NCBI GenBank assembly: GCA_963666835.2
Contig: CAXXGO010000001.1
Coordinates: 2,080,001 to 2,144,000 of the forward strand
Direction: 5' to 3'
Source: Phycisphaerae bacterium
GTDB taxonomy: Bacteria > Planctomycetota > Phycisphaerae > UBA1845
Length of the DNA: 64,000 nucleotides
Shown here: positions 28,816 through 39,232 of the stretch, piece after piece
How the letters are laid out: each line of letters opens with the position of its first letter
Position numbering within the stretch: position 1 is the first letter of the stretch
Notes under the pieces: model-generated
Seen by the model: only the letters and a program-made list of their open reading frames with translations
What the model was told of the DNA's origin: nothing
The model's database searches: none
Program-made: the position numbers and the translations under genes

Positions 28816-29283
28816 CTAGAATCGGCTCGAATGATAGGAGAAGTCGCTGACGCGGCTTGCTTCGTCGAACTTGATAATGACGGTGAGCGTGCGTTGGGTC
28901 GTTGCCGACGCGCCGGCCGACTTGCCGTAACCGGTCGCAAGGCCGCCGAGGATCAAGGTCTGCCCGCCCGTCATGCCGCCCCCGCCGGCCACACCGCCGA
29001 TCCCGCCGGCATCGTTGGAGTATGACGCCTCTGTCGCAATCTTGTCATATATCCACGTCTCCATACCGCCGGAGTCTCGCGATACGATATTCGGAGAGCC
29101 CAGAGCCGCGGCCACGTCCGCCCCGGACATCCCCTTGCGGATCTCCTTCTGGACAACGCCGACGGTCAGTCGTTGGTCTTGCGCGGAGTGCAGTTGCGAA
29201 GAGTGCTTCCCCGCAGTCCTACACCCGGCCACGACCCACAAGAAAGACAGGCAGAGAATCGCTGTTGTTATTCTGGAACTCAT
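28816..29283 (-). CDS. SmpA/BamE-like lipoprotein
   Basis: VAGC lipobox; IRKGMSGADVAAALGSP..ETWIY..LTVIIKFD. Confidence 0.72.
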   Translation of the reverse strand: MSSRITTAILCLSFLWVVAGCRTAGKHSSQLHSAQDQRLTVGVVQKEIRKGMSGADVAAALGSPNIVSRDSGGMETWIYDKIATEASYSNDAGGIGGVAGGGGMTGGQTLILGGLATGYGKSAGASATTQRTLTVIIKFDEASRVSDFSYHSSRF

Positions 29284-29524
29284 GAGTCACTCCCTCTGTG
29301 CATACCGTGACACGGTCCCCACGCCGGTACGGGACGGCGGACGCCGCGTTCCGTGATTCCCCATCCGTTCTTCTAACCTGACGATGGCGAACGGTCAACG
29401 TGGCGACAGGTTGACCATCCGTTTGACGGCCGTCAGGGGGCTGTTACGAAACGAACGGCGAATCAGCATGGAAGAAAGCAACGCGTGCCGATAGGATTGC
29501 CGGGCAACGACCGGTCTACGGGAG

Positions 29525-30082
29525 ATGAACGTAATGGCCCTGGAGTGTCCGAACTGTCGTGCCCCTGTTTCGCTTTGGCGAGCGTTCAGGACGACGGCTT
29601 GGGGCCGGTTCACCTGCAAAACGTGCGGGTCCGTCCTCGGTATCAATGTGAAGCGGAGGTTCTTTGCGCTGATCCCGTTAACGGTTTGGATGGTCTTCCT
29701 CATGTCCGTGGTAGGTATGCGGCAATACGGGACTGCCTGGATGGCAGCCGCGTATCTCGCGTCGTCCCTGTTCATCTTCTATCTGTTTGAGGACATCGTT
29801 TTAATCGAGAGGCGGGCTTTCTGCTGCCGAAAATGCGGGTACGAACTCGAAGGACTACCTCTGCCGCGGTGCCCCGAATGTGGCACGGGGTTCGACCCGG
29901 AAGAGAAGCAGCGGATCGAGGAGCGTATCGGACAGCCGATCCCTCGCGCCCGTTACCGTTGGGTGCTGGTGCTTTTGATCTTATTGCTCGTCGGTACGCT
30001 CATCCTCAGCATCACGACCATTCAATGCGCCAAGGCGCCACCACGACCAGCACCCGCGCCCCAGCAGCCCCAAGCCCGCTAG
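29525..30082 (+). CDS. Double zinc-ribbon membrane protein
   Basis: CPNC..CKTC, two TM helices, CRKCGYELEGL..RCPECG, then a TM helix. Confidence 0.75.
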   Translation: MNVMALECPNCRAPVSLWRAFRTTAWGRFTCKTCGSVLGINVKRRFFALIPLTVWMVFLMSVVGMRQYGTAWMAAAYLASSLFIFYLFEDIVLIERRAFCCRKCGYELEGLPLPRCPECGTGFDPEEKQRIEERIGQPIPRARYRWVLVLLILLLVGTLILSITTIQCAKAPPRPAPAPQQPQAR

Positions 30083-30103
30083 GTTCCGCCTTGGTCACGC
30101 CAT

Positions 30104-31717
30104 TCACGCCGGCGGTTTCACTGCGACAACCACATTGTGCTTGAGCTTCTGGACGATCAGAGGCCTGGCGTCTTTGAAATCACCGCGACGAAACAGCAGG
30201 TCACGGATCAAAGGAGGGCTGGAGATGACATAATCGAGCTGCAGCTCGTGGATGTACTCGGCCATCGTACCGGTCCGCAGAGCTTGGTAGGCTCCGCTGC
30301 TGGTCTTGCCGTCCAGATTGTAGATATCCGCGTCAATGAAATAGTCGAGCGTACCGCTCTCGAAACTGCCGACCTTCATCCTGGGCGTCCAGGAATCGCG
30401 AATCGTAATCGCGTCGGCGTACAGGCGTGCGGCTATTCCCGTCTTGTCTACCGGCCCGAACAGAAGGGCGTGGTCTCGGATTCCACCGGCCACCAGTACC
30501 GTGACAACGGCGATCCCGACCCATCGCCAGCGGCCGCCGCGGGCCGCCCGCTGCCCGATCCAGCTCAACAAAACGGCGCTTGGCAACAGAAGCGCAATGG
30601 CTACCGGAGTGAGGTATCGCCAGTAGTGCCACTGGGCGAAGAAGTAGAAGCAGTACGCTCCGATCAGCAGGCCACAGAACACCCACAGATACCAAAGACG
30701 CCGAAAGACGTCCCGCAATCTCGGTGGGGGCGAGTCGTCATCCCGAATTCCGTTCCGCGCCGCAAAGGCCGTCAGGACTATCACGAGAGCCACAACGACG
30801 GGGCCGAGGACGACCGAGGAGGTCAGAAGATGCGCCGGGATTGCCAGCGCGGTTGACTCGACCAGTGTTCGACCGGCGTGAGCGAGGTTGCTGGTGTAGT
30901 ATTCCCCCGGAACCTCGTCGAGAGGGAAGTAGCTGGGCTCGCGAGCCGGGCCCTCGGGCGAACCGTAAAGCTGCGCCACCATCCGCGTGGCTGCTCCGCT
31001 AATGGGCGTAAGTCGCCCGCATTCAACAAGGCTGAAGATGAACCAGGGGGCGATGACTATCGCAGCCGAGGTGACGATCAACCCCAGCGAGTCCATCTGC
31101 CGGCGGACAAGGCGAACTCTGATCTGGTCTATCCCCAACGGAACCAGCAGAAGCCCCAGGTCCAGCCGGGCCAGCATGGCTAAGCCCATCACCAGACCGA
31201 GGCTGATTGCCGAAAGCACGCCGAATCGCTGCCCGGGACACTTGCTGCGAAGGTGCAGGTAGATGACGACGAGCATCATCAGATTGGCCAGGCTGGTCTC
31301 GAGCCCGTTAAGTCCGACGCGCGTGAAATGGGCGGATACTGTCCAGAGCAGGAGTCCGACCAGCCCGGTCCGGACGTTGTGAAGTTCTCGCAGGATCAGA
31401 TAGACAAAGTACCCGGCCGCTACGCTGCACGCGCTCAACAGTCCGGCGGCCGCGACGGTTGCCTGGTGATGGTCTAGGAACCAGTAAAACGGCACAAGCA
31501 AGAAGACATAGAGCGGCTGGAACCCGTTAGTGGGCACGCCCGCCTGCGTAATCCCTAGCCCTGCCGCGATATTCGACGCGAACTTGAGCGACATGAACGA
31601 ATCGTCGCCGAAGAAACCCTGATCGGTCATCGGACCACACCATGCGATCAACGCCATGCGGATGAGAATCTCACAGGCAAGAAGAGCGATCAGAATGGCG
31701 CGGTACGAGCGTAACAA
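30104..31717 (-). CDS. GT-C superfamily (ArnT/PMT-like) membrane glycosyltransferase
   Basis: DDSF..ASNIAAG.G..TNGFQPLY, NGLET and LARLD; many TM helices. Confidence 0.78.
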   Translation of the reverse strand: MLRSYRAILIALLACEILIRMALIAWCGPMTDQGFFGDDSFMSLKFASNIAAGLGITQAGVPTNGFQPLYVFLLVPFYWFLDHHQATVAAAGLLSACSVAAGYFVYLILRELHNVRTGLVGLLLWTVSAHFTRVGLNGLETSLANLMMLVVIYLHLRSKCPGQRFGVLSAISLGLVMGLAMLARLDLGLLLVPLGIDQIRVRLVRRQMDSLGLIVTSAAIVIAPWFIFSLVECGRLTPISGAATRMVAQLYGSPEGPAREPSYFPLDEVPGEYYTSNLAHAGRTLVESTALAIPAHLLTSSVVLGPVVVALVIVLTAFAARNGIRDDDSPPPRLRDVFRRLWYLWVFCGLLIGAYCFYFFAQWHYWRYLTPVAIALLLPSAVLLSWIGQRAARGGRWRWVGIAVVTVLVAGGIRDHALLFGPVDKTGIAARLYADAITIRDSWTPRMKVGSFESGTLDYFIDADIYNLDGKTSSGAYQALRTGTMAEYIHELQLDYVISSPPLIRDLLFRRGDFKDARPLIVQKLKHNVVVAVKPPA

Positions 31718-31940
31718 AACTCACCCTCGACTCTGGGGCTCGGTGCTCTTGGCACCCCTATGGGTGCCCGCCCGCGATGTTAACGGCGACTGCGGGGGCG
31801 GGCTACTCTCGTTGGACACGCCCTTGGACACCCCGCCCGGGCCATCTGCCGGGGGTGGCCAGGACTCCGGGTTTCGGAGATACTTGCCGCGGAAGAGAGT
31901 TGATCGGTTGTCCCTGGCCTTTGAAGGAGGCGGAGTGCGA

Positions 31941-32531
31941 ATGTTTGCCAAACGAGCCTGTTGGACATTGTTGTCGATGTTGGCGATCCCTGCGGCGGCT
32001 ACGGCCCAGGACCTGCCGTGGGAGACGTACGAGGACGCGCTTTCGGATTCGGTGTGCGATGTGGTCAACGCGGAGAATGTCGAGCTGGTGGTCTCGTGGG
32101 ATTCGACGTTGGGCGTCTATAACATGGTTGTCGTAACCGGCAGCGACATCCGGCTGGCGGATACGCAGGTGCTCGACAACGGGGATGTGCTCTATCTCGG
32201 TGAGTCCGCCGGTTTCATTCAGTTTGACGAGGATGGCGACGGCTATCGAACGTTGTGGTGGGTAGGGATCGGAGGCAACGTCGTCAACGTTAACAGCTTC
32301 TCGGGCGAGCCCACGGTTTCGGACTACTTCCCGGGAGATTTTCACGATGTGCCGTGCGACGCGTGCGGTCTCTGGGACGACACCTCGGCCTGTGATCCGG
32401 TGGATTCGGATGACTCAGTGGTCGTTCCGCCGATTACCATCAACTTCTGCGGGACGGGCGCAGCTTTGGCGATGGCCATGAGTATGGTCGGGTTGACGGT
32501 CATGCGGCTCGCAGGCCGTCGTCGTTGCTAG
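31941..32531 (+). CDS. Secreted acidic protein with C-terminal CG-TM-basic sorting-like tail
   Basis: RBS AAGGAGG, ATA|Q signal peptide, C-terminus FCGTGAALAMAMSMVGLTVMRLAGRRRC. Confidence 0.75.
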   Translation: MFAKRACWTLLSMLAIPAAATAQDLPWETYEDALSDSVCDVVNAENVELVVSWDSTLGVYNMVVVTGSDIRLADTQVLDNGDVLYLGESAGFIQFDEDGDGYRTLWWVGIGGNVVNVNSFSGEPTVSDYFPGDFHDVPCDACGLWDDTSACDPVDSDDSVVVPPITINFCGTGAALAMAMSMVGLTVMRLAGRRRC

Positions 32532-32629
32532 TGCTACGTCATACTTGGGTCTTCGGGTGTGCCACTGCTCTTGAGCAGTGCAGGGGCGGGACGCGGTGTG
32601 GATTTAACCCGGACCTTCACGAGTGGCGA
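32529..32629 (+). repeat. REP/MITE-like repeat copy 1
   Basis: Core GGTGTGCCACTGCTCTTGAGCAGTGC with hairpin CACTGCTC-TT-GAGCAGTG; about 95-bp similarity to 38914-39008. Confidence 0.8.
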
Positions 32630-32763
32630 TGCACTGCCGTCCGCCGCTTAAGCAGGGGCGCCCATGACGGTGTCACGCGGAGCGTCTACGTTGTCGGGGC
32701 AGCATAGAGCTGTCGTGCATACAATCCTGGCCGAACTTCTGTGGTTTTACGAGGAGCCCTAGA

Positions 32764-33882
32764 GTGAGCAATACGATTCAGACATTGTCGGCGCGCGGGC
32801 AGTCAATCTGGTGCGACAACATCAGCCGACAGATGCTTGATGCCGGGGAGCTGCGGCGCTTGATCGATCTGGGCGTTTGCGGCGTGACCTCCAACCCCAC
32901 TATCTTCATGAAGGCCATCACCGGCAGCACGGCCTACGATGAGCGGTTCTCCGCCTTGCTCGCTCAAGGGTTGGACATGATGGCTCTGTACGAGGGTCTG
33001 GTTCTTCCAGACATCGCCGACGCAGCCGATCAACTCAGACCGGTCTACGATCGCACCGAGGGGCTGGACGGCTACGTCAGTCTCGAAGTGAACCCGAAGC
33101 TGGCTCACGATACGGCCGGAACGCTTGCCGAGGCCCGCCGGCTTTCCAAGGAACTGAACCGGCCCAACATCCTGATTAAGGTCCCGGCTACGGATGAGGG
33201 AATGCCGGCGGTTGAAACACTGATTGCCGAGGGGATCAACGTCAACGTCACGCTGATCTTCGGAATCGACGCGTACGAGCAAGTCATGCATGCGTACCTC
33301 AACGGCCTGCGACGCCTGCGCACAAACGGCGGCGACCTGTCGAAAGCGGCGTCGGTGGCCTCGTTCTTCATCAGTCGCGTCGACACGCTGGTGGATAAGC
33401 TCTTGGATGAGAAAGCCGCGGAGGGCAAGAATGTCAAGGAGTTGTACGGCTTGGCCGCGGTAGCCAATGCCAAGCTGGCCTATGCCCGTTTCGAACAAGT
33501 CTTCGATGCCGCGGGAGAGTTCGGGGACCTCGCGGCCGACGGAGCGCGCATCCAGCGTCCGCTCTGGGCCAGCACCAGCACGAAGAACCCCAACTACCCC
33601 GACACCAAGTACGTCGATGACCTGGTAGGACCTCATACGGTTAATACGGTGCCGCCCGCCACGATCGAGGCCGCCCTTGATCACGGGGCAACCGTTGATG
33701 TGATCCGGGACAACGTGGACGGGGAAAGTCGCGTGATCGATCGGCTCGCTGAACTGGGGATCGCAATCAAGACAGTCACCGATCAGCTCCGAACCGAGGG
33801 GGTGGCCGCCTTCGTCAGGTCTTTCGACGAGCTCCTGGAAGACCTGGGCAGAAAGCGGGACGAACTCGGCGCCGCTCGGTGA
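32764..33882 (+). CDS. tal: Transaldolase
   Basis: SIWCD, GVTSNPTIF, VSLEV.P, IKVPAT, NVTLIF, SFFISRVD and LWAST motifs. Confidence 0.96.
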   Translation: MSNTIQTLSARGQSIWCDNISRQMLDAGELRRLIDLGVCGVTSNPTIFMKAITGSTAYDERFSALLAQGLDMMALYEGLVLPDIADAADQLRPVYDRTEGLDGYVSLEVNPKLAHDTAGTLAEARRLSKELNRPNILIKVPATDEGMPAVETLIAEGINVNVTLIFGIDAYEQVMHAYLNGLRRLRTNGGDLSKAASVASFFISRVDTLVDKLLDEKAAEGKNVKELYGLAAVANAKLAYARFEQVFDAAGEFGDLAADGARIQRPLWASTSTKNPNYPDTKYVDDLVGPHTVNTVPPATIEAALDHGATVDVIRDNVDGESRVIDRLAELGIAIKTVTDQLRTEGVAAFVRSFDELLEDLGRKRDELGAAR

Positions 33883-34180
33883 CCGCGAGCCCTTTCTGGT
33901 GTAAACCCGCAATACTCGCAGGCGGCAACGGGATGCCCCCGGTTATTGGGGGGGGCACCCATTCGGCGCGGGTTGTCGCGGATTCGTTCCCGTCTTCACT
34001 CGGGGCCTTGGCCGAAACCACACCTGTACGTCGATGGTAACCGATGATTGAAGCACGGGGTCCGGCGGCACTCGCAGGCCGGACCCGGGGCGGTAGCGCG
34101 GACCTCTGGCATCGTAAATGCTAGAGAGCTTGATAGCGTGGCTTGACGTGGGGTTATGGGGACATTTCGGGTTAGATGCC

Positions 34181-36346
34181 ATGACGGATTGCGCAACGTT
34201 GTTGGATGAGTCGGAAAGGGCGGTTATTCGCGATCTGGAGCCGATGTTCGCTCCCCGTGCGATCGCTGTGGTGGGGGCGTCTCGTCGCCCCGGGTCGGTA
34301 GGGCATGCCGTTACCCGTAATCTCATCTACGGCGGGTTCACCGGTGTGGTTTACGCGGTCAATCCGAAGGCCAAGAGTATTCTGGGGCTCCGCTGCGCGC
34401 CGTCGATTTCCTCAATCGACGACGAGGTAGATCTGGCGGTGGTCGTCACTCCGGCCGAAACCATCGAGGGTCTTGTCCTTGAGGGCGCCGAACTCGGCAT
34501 CAAGCACTTTCTGGTCATCTCCGCGGGCTTCAAGGAGATCGGCGGAGAAGGAGTGGTGCGGGAGAAACGTCTGAAGGCTCTGGCCGACGAACGCGGTTTG
34601 TCGATCTGCGGGCCGAACTGCCTGGGGATTATCAACACGGCGCCCGGCGTGCAAATGAACGCGACGTTCGCAACCCACATGCCGGCGAGGGGGTCCCTCG
34701 GGTTGATCTCCCAGAGCGGAGCGTTGTGTACGGCGCTGCTTGATTACGCGAAAGGCCGGGGTTTCGGGTTCTCCAGGTTTATCAGTTTCGGCAACAAATC
34801 CGACGTGACCGAGATTGACCTAATGCGGGCGCTGGCCCGCGATCCGCACACGAATGTCATCCTGATGTATATCGAGGATCTGTCCGCCGGGGCGGGGTTC
34901 ATCAACGCCTGTCATGAGATTACGCACGGAGATAACCCTAAGCCGATTCTGGCGATTAAGACCGGGCGAACCACGGAGGGGGCTGCCGCGGCGGCTTCTC
35001 ACACCGGCTCGTTGGCCGGGTCGGACGAGGTCTATGATGCGATCTTCGAGCAAGCCGGAGTGATTCGGGTGGAGTCGGTCGGAGAGTTGTTCGACTGCGC
35101 CGAGGCGTTCATCGATCCGGCGTTGCCGGCGGGTCGAGGCACGGCAATCGTTACCAACGCCGGCGGTCCGGGCATTATGGCGACCGACGCCTGCATTCGT
35201 AACGGGTTAAAGATCCCCCGGTTCCAAGAGTATACGAATAAGTCTCTGCGGTTTCAGATGCCGGCCACGGGGAGCATCAAGAACCCGGTAGACGTGATCG
35301 GGGATGCGAAGCACGATCGCTATCGAGCGGCTCTGGACGCGGTGACGGCCGACGAAAACGTCCATCAGGTGGTGGTAATCGTCACGCCCCAGATGATGAC
35401 CGACGTGGAGGAGATCGCGACAGTCATCTCCGAGATCAAAAGATACTGCCGCAAGCCGGTCATCGGTTGTCTTATGGGATTGGTGGACGTTCAACCGGCC
35501 GTCGAGATTCTCCGGCGGCATGGTGTGCCGAGTTTCGCCTTCCCGGAGAACGCGATGCGCGCCCTGGCCGCAAAGGCGCAGTTTGCCGAATGGGTCCGGC
35601 ACCCGATCAGCAAGTGCAAGGTGTTTGATGTCAACCGTGAGGCGGTGGAAGCGTTGTTCCGGCAGGAGGTGGGGCAGGGGCGTACTCAGCTTGTGGAACT
35701 ACCCGCTCTCGACGCCTTGCGCCACTACGGATTCCCCACGGTTCCCTATGCGTTGGCCAAGAATGCCGACGAGGCGGTGCAGGCGGCGGCCGATATGGGC
35801 TATCCGGTGGTCATGAAGATCTCCGGCCCGAAGATCCTTCACAAAACCGATGTCGGCGGCGTGCGTTTGAACCTGACGAACGAGACGCAGGTGCGCGAGG
35901 CCTACGAGGGAATGGTCAATTCAGCGCGGGAGCATCTCGGGGCCGACGTCGAGATCTGGGGCGCGCTTGTCCAGAAGATGCTGGCCAAGGGCAAAGAGAT
36001 AATCTTGGGTATGACCCGTGATCCGAACTTCGGACCGTTGCTGATGTTCGGACTCGGCGGGATTTACACCGAAGCTCTTCGCGACGTTGCGTTCCGCCTG
36101 GCCCCCATCCCTGAGGACGTGGCTAAGGCGATGCTCAAGAGCATCAGGTCCTATCGGCTGCTGGAGGGCGTACGCGGAGAGGACCCCTCGGATATGGAGG
36201 CCCTTTCGGAATGCCTGCTTCGCCTATCACAGTTAGTTACCGAGCATCCGTCGATTCAGGAACTGGATATTAACCCGCTGATCGTATATGCAAGCGGCGA
36301 AGGGGCGGTGGCCGCCGACGCTCGCATTATTCTGAAGGAGCCATAG
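34181..36346 (+). CDS. ADP-forming acyl-CoA synthetase (alpha+beta fused, ACD/Pat-type)
   Basis: AVVGAS, GPNCLG, SQSGA, SFGNK, ASHTGSLAG (phospho-His), ATP-grasp HKTDVGGV and ELDINPL. Confidence 0.92.
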   Translation: MTDCATLLDESERAVIRDLEPMFAPRAIAVVGASRRPGSVGHAVTRNLIYGGFTGVVYAVNPKAKSILGLRCAPSISSIDDEVDLAVVVTPAETIEGLVLEGAELGIKHFLVISAGFKEIGGEGVVREKRLKALADERGLSICGPNCLGIINTAPGVQMNATFATHMPARGSLGLISQSGALCTALLDYAKGRGFGFSRFISFGNKSDVTEIDLMRALARDPHTNVILMYIEDLSAGAGFINACHEITHGDNPKPILAIKTGRTTEGAAAAASHTGSLAGSDEVYDAIFEQAGVIRVESVGELFDCAEAFIDPALPAGRGTAIVTNAGGPGIMATDACIRNGLKIPRFQEYTNKSLRFQMPATGSIKNPVDVIGDAKHDRYRAALDAVTADENVHQVVVIVTPQMMTDVEEIATVISEIKRYCRKPVIGCLMGLVDVQPAVEILRRHGVPSFAFPENAMRALAAKAQFAEWVRHPISKCKVFDVNREAVEALFRQEVGQGRTQLVELPALDALRHYGFPTVPYALAKNADEAVQAAADMGYPVVMKISGPKILHKTDVGGVRLNLTNETQVREAYEGMVNSAREHLGADVEIWGALVQKMLAKGKEIILGMTRDPNFGPLLMFGLGGIYTEALRDVAFRLAPIPEDVAKAMLKSIRSYRLLEGVRGEDPSDMEALSECLLRLSQLVTEHPSIQELDINPLIVYASGEGAVAADARIILKEP

Positions 36347-36349
36347 AAC

Positions 36350-38236
36350 ATGGCGGAGAAATGGCAGGATCGCTTCGCGGACAAAATCGTTGCTTCCGCC
36401 AGGGCTATCGGCACGATTACGCCCGGTGACCGGGTGTTTGTCGGATCCGTCTGCGGGGAGCCGCAAGAGTTGGTGCGCGCCATGGTGGCAGCCAGCGGCC
36501 AACTTGATGACACCGAGCTTATCCAGGTGCTGACTCTCGGGGCGTCACCCTACGCTGACCCGAAGTACGCAACGAACTTCCGGGCCAACGCCTTCTTTAT
36601 CGGCAACAGTCTGCGCGAGGCAGTCAACGATGCCCGCGCCGACTACACGCCGGTGTTTCTATCAAAAGTCTCTGACCTGTTGAGGTCTCGGCGTATTCCC
36701 GTCGACGTTGCCCTTATTATGGTGAGCCCGCCCGATGAGCACGGCTTCTGCAGTCTGGGCGTATCGGTGGATATCACGAAGGCGGCTGCAGAGTCTGCCG
36801 GGCTGGTGATCGCGCAGGTGAATCGGCACATGCCGCGGACCTTCGGGGATTGCGCACTGCACGTTCGGGATATTGACTACCTGGTCGAGCATGATGAGCC
36901 GCTTCTGGAGTGGCCGTCGGCGGGAGAACCGGACGAGATCACCCGCAAAGTAGCCGGGCACATTGCTACGATTGTGCCCGACGGGGCGACTCTGCAGCTT
37001 GGGATCGGCAATATGCCGGATGCGGTCTTGTCACTGCTGCATGACAAGAACGACTTGGGTATCCACACGGAGATGTTCTCCGACGGTGTCATGAAGCTGG
37101 CCAAGGACGGTGTGATAACCGGGCGGAACAAGACGCTCCATCCCAACAAGATCGTCGGCAGCTTCGCGGCCGGTTCGCGGGAACTCTTCGAGTTTCTCGA
37201 TGAGAATCCGCAGATTGAGATGCACCCGTCGGAGTACACCAACAGCCCGATCGTGATTTCTCAGCATGACAATATGGTGGCAATCAATGCGGCGATCGAG
37301 GTTGATCTCACGGGCCAGGTGGTCGCGGACTCCATCGGTACGCTGCTATACAGCGGGCTAGGCGGCCATGCCGACTTCATGCGCGGTGCCGCCATGGCCA
37401 AGAAGGGCAAGCCGATTATCGCGCTGCCCAGTACGGCGCAAGGTCCGAATGGGATCGTGTCGCGTATCGTTGCGACTCTATCCGAGGGGGCGGGCGTCAT
37501 CACCACCAGAGGTGACACGCATTACGTGGTTACCGAATATGGTATCGCGTATCTGCACGGTAGAAGCCTGCGCGAGCGAGCGATGGCCCTGATTAACGTG
37601 GCCCATCCGGATTTCCGTTCCGAGCTTCTCCACAAAGCGAAGCAGCGGCGCATCGTGTACGCGAACCAGATCCTCCCGCCGGCGCGGTCGCCGTATCCGG
37701 CGAAGTACGAATCGAAGGTCACCCTCAAGGACCAGAGTGAGGTCTTCCTGCGCCCCATCAAGCCGTCGGATGAGCCGATGATGAAGGAGATGTTCTACTC
37801 GTTCAGCGAGCGGACTCGCTATCTGCGCTTCCACGGGCCGATGAAGTCCTTCCCGCACGAACGTCTGCAGGTCTTCTGCAATGTCGACTACAAGGAGGAA
37901 ATGGCGTTCATCGTGGTCGTTGGCGATCCCGGAGAGGAAGATGTTATCGCCGTTGCCCGATACCTCCATGACCAGTCGGACAACTCTGCCGAAGCCGCTT
38001 TCACCGTTCGGGATGATTGGCAGAACAAAGGGCTAGGCACGTGTCTGTTCAATAAGCTGGTCGAGGTCGCGCGCGAGCGGGGGATCGAGACCTTCCGGGC
38101 CGAGGTCCTGACCGAAAATATCCCCATGTTGAACGTCTTCCGCCATTCCGGCTGCGGTGTGTCTACCAGCACGGAGTCGGGCGTCGTACACATGACGATC
38201 GACCTGAACCCGGAATCAGAACTGAAGAGGCTATAG
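36350..38236 (+). CDS. Acetyl-CoA hydrolase/CoA-transferase fused to a C-terminal GNAT acetyltransferase
   Basis: TLQLGIG, GIHTEM, EVDLTGQ, GGHADF, VVTEYG, HPDFR; then RTRYLRF, AEAAFTVRDDWQNKGLG, N.PM..VF. Confidence 0.92.
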   Translation: MAEKWQDRFADKIVASARAIGTITPGDRVFVGSVCGEPQELVRAMVAASGQLDDTELIQVLTLGASPYADPKYATNFRANAFFIGNSLREAVNDARADYTPVFLSKVSDLLRSRRIPVDVALIMVSPPDEHGFCSLGVSVDITKAAAESAGLVIAQVNRHMPRTFGDCALHVRDIDYLVEHDEPLLEWPSAGEPDEITRKVAGHIATIVPDGATLQLGIGNMPDAVLSLLHDKNDLGIHTEMFSDGVMKLAKDGVITGRNKTLHPNKIVGSFAAGSRELFEFLDENPQIEMHPSEYTNSPIVISQHDNMVAINAAIEVDLTGQVVADSIGTLLYSGLGGHADFMRGAAMAKKGKPIIALPSTAQGPNGIVSRIVATLSEGAGVITTRGDTHYVVTEYGIAYLHGRSLRERAMALINVAHPDFRSELLHKAKQRRIVYANQILPPARSPYPAKYESKVTLKDQSEVFLRPIKPSDEPMMKEMFYSFSERTRYLRFHGPMKSFPHERLQVFCNVDYKEEMAFIVVVGDPGEEDVIAVARYLHDQSDNSAEAAFTVRDDWQNKGLGTCLFNKLVEVARERGIETFRAEVLTENIPMLNVFRHSGCGVSTSTESGVVHMTIDLNPESELKRL

Positions 38237-38311
38237 TGCCTTGTCGCACCCGGGTCCTCCGGTGTGCCACTGCTATTGTGCAGTGCCGGGGCACGGCACT
38301 GGTTGAACCCG
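38234..38311 (+). repeat. REP/MITE-like repeat copy 2
   Basis: TAGTGC start and core GGTGTGCCACTGCTATTGTGCAGTGC. Confidence 0.7.
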
Positions 38312-38399
38312 AGTACGGTAGGTCGGGCTTTGCCCGACGCCAAACTGTGCGAATCGGGGGTCCTGCTGGGGCAGGTGGCGAGGGACGCTGTTTCTGCGA

Positions 38400-38780
38400 C
38401 TACGTGGCATCCCGCCGGGAAGGGTGGGCTTCCGTGACGCCGCCCGAATCGTCGTTTCTCTCCAGGAAACCGGGGGGGCCGCACCTTGCCATTATCGCGA
38501 ATTGTGCGAACACGCGGAGGATCAGGTTGCTGCGACTGTTCACTCTGAGTCTGCGATAGACGCGATTCAGATGCGTGTGAACCGTGTGAACCGATATGCC
38601 GAGCCGCTTTGCGACGGTACGTTCATCGGCGCCGTCAAGTATGCCTCGGATTACGTCGAGTTCTCGTCCGGAGACGCCGAGCTGCAGAGCCATCGCCCGC
38701 CACTGCTCCGATGAGAGCCACGGAGTCGCGGTTTCACCGAGTTCCGTGTCCCCCGGCCCGTTCGGTTGTCTCGCCGACAT
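38400..38780 (-). CDS. Stand-alone LuxR-type HTH regulator
   Basis: SGRELDV..G..ERTVAKRLGISVHTVHTHLNRVYRRLRVNSR; RBS GGGAGG. Confidence 0.85.
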   Translation of the reverse strand: MSARQPNGPGDTELGETATPWLSSEQWRAMALQLGVSGRELDVIRGILDGADERTVAKRLGISVHTVHTHLNRVYRRLRVNSRSNLILRVFAQFAIMARCGPPGFLERNDDSGGVTEAHPSRRDAT

Positions 38781-38913
38781 CGCTCCCTCCCTTCGTCGGA
38801 CGTACCCGCCGCCCTGGATGTCCGTGCAGAAACACTGAGTCCAATCTCATTAACGAAGTCTGCGCGCGGAGCGCTCATGGGAAACTGAAATAAATCAGAA
38901 AAAAGCTCCGGTA

Positions 38914-39008
38914 CTACGTCACACCTGGTTTTCGGGTGTGTCACTGCTCTTGAGCGGTGCAGGGACGGGACACTCGGCGGAGTGAGCCGGAACCCCTGCG
39001 AGTGGCGA
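38914..39008 (+). repeat. REP/MITE-like repeat copy 3
   Basis: CTACGTCA..TTCGGGTGTGTCACTGCTCTTGAGCGGTGCAGGG..GAGTGGCGA matches copy 1. Confidence 0.8.
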
Positions 39009-39232
39009 GTGGTTGGTCTTCCTTGACGGTTCCGCAACGGACGAGGCGCGTTGCGGGCAGTCGGTGGACTTTGCTTTGACTAATGACGCGCGGACCTGGC
39101 AGGGTCCTTCCGATCGCCCTGCGGCGAGTTCGCTAAGTTCTTATATGGGACTGCGTTATGGCTCAAGGCTACAGGCTCGTGACCCTTGGGCGCCCGGCAT
39201 GCAGTAACGCCCGACAACCTCACCCCGGGCGG

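Noticed and set aside
11391..33912. Long antisense ORFs (e.g. 11391-12392, 15502-16551, 25171-26190, 32803-33912)
   Set aside because: Typical high-GC shadow frames opposite well-supported genes.
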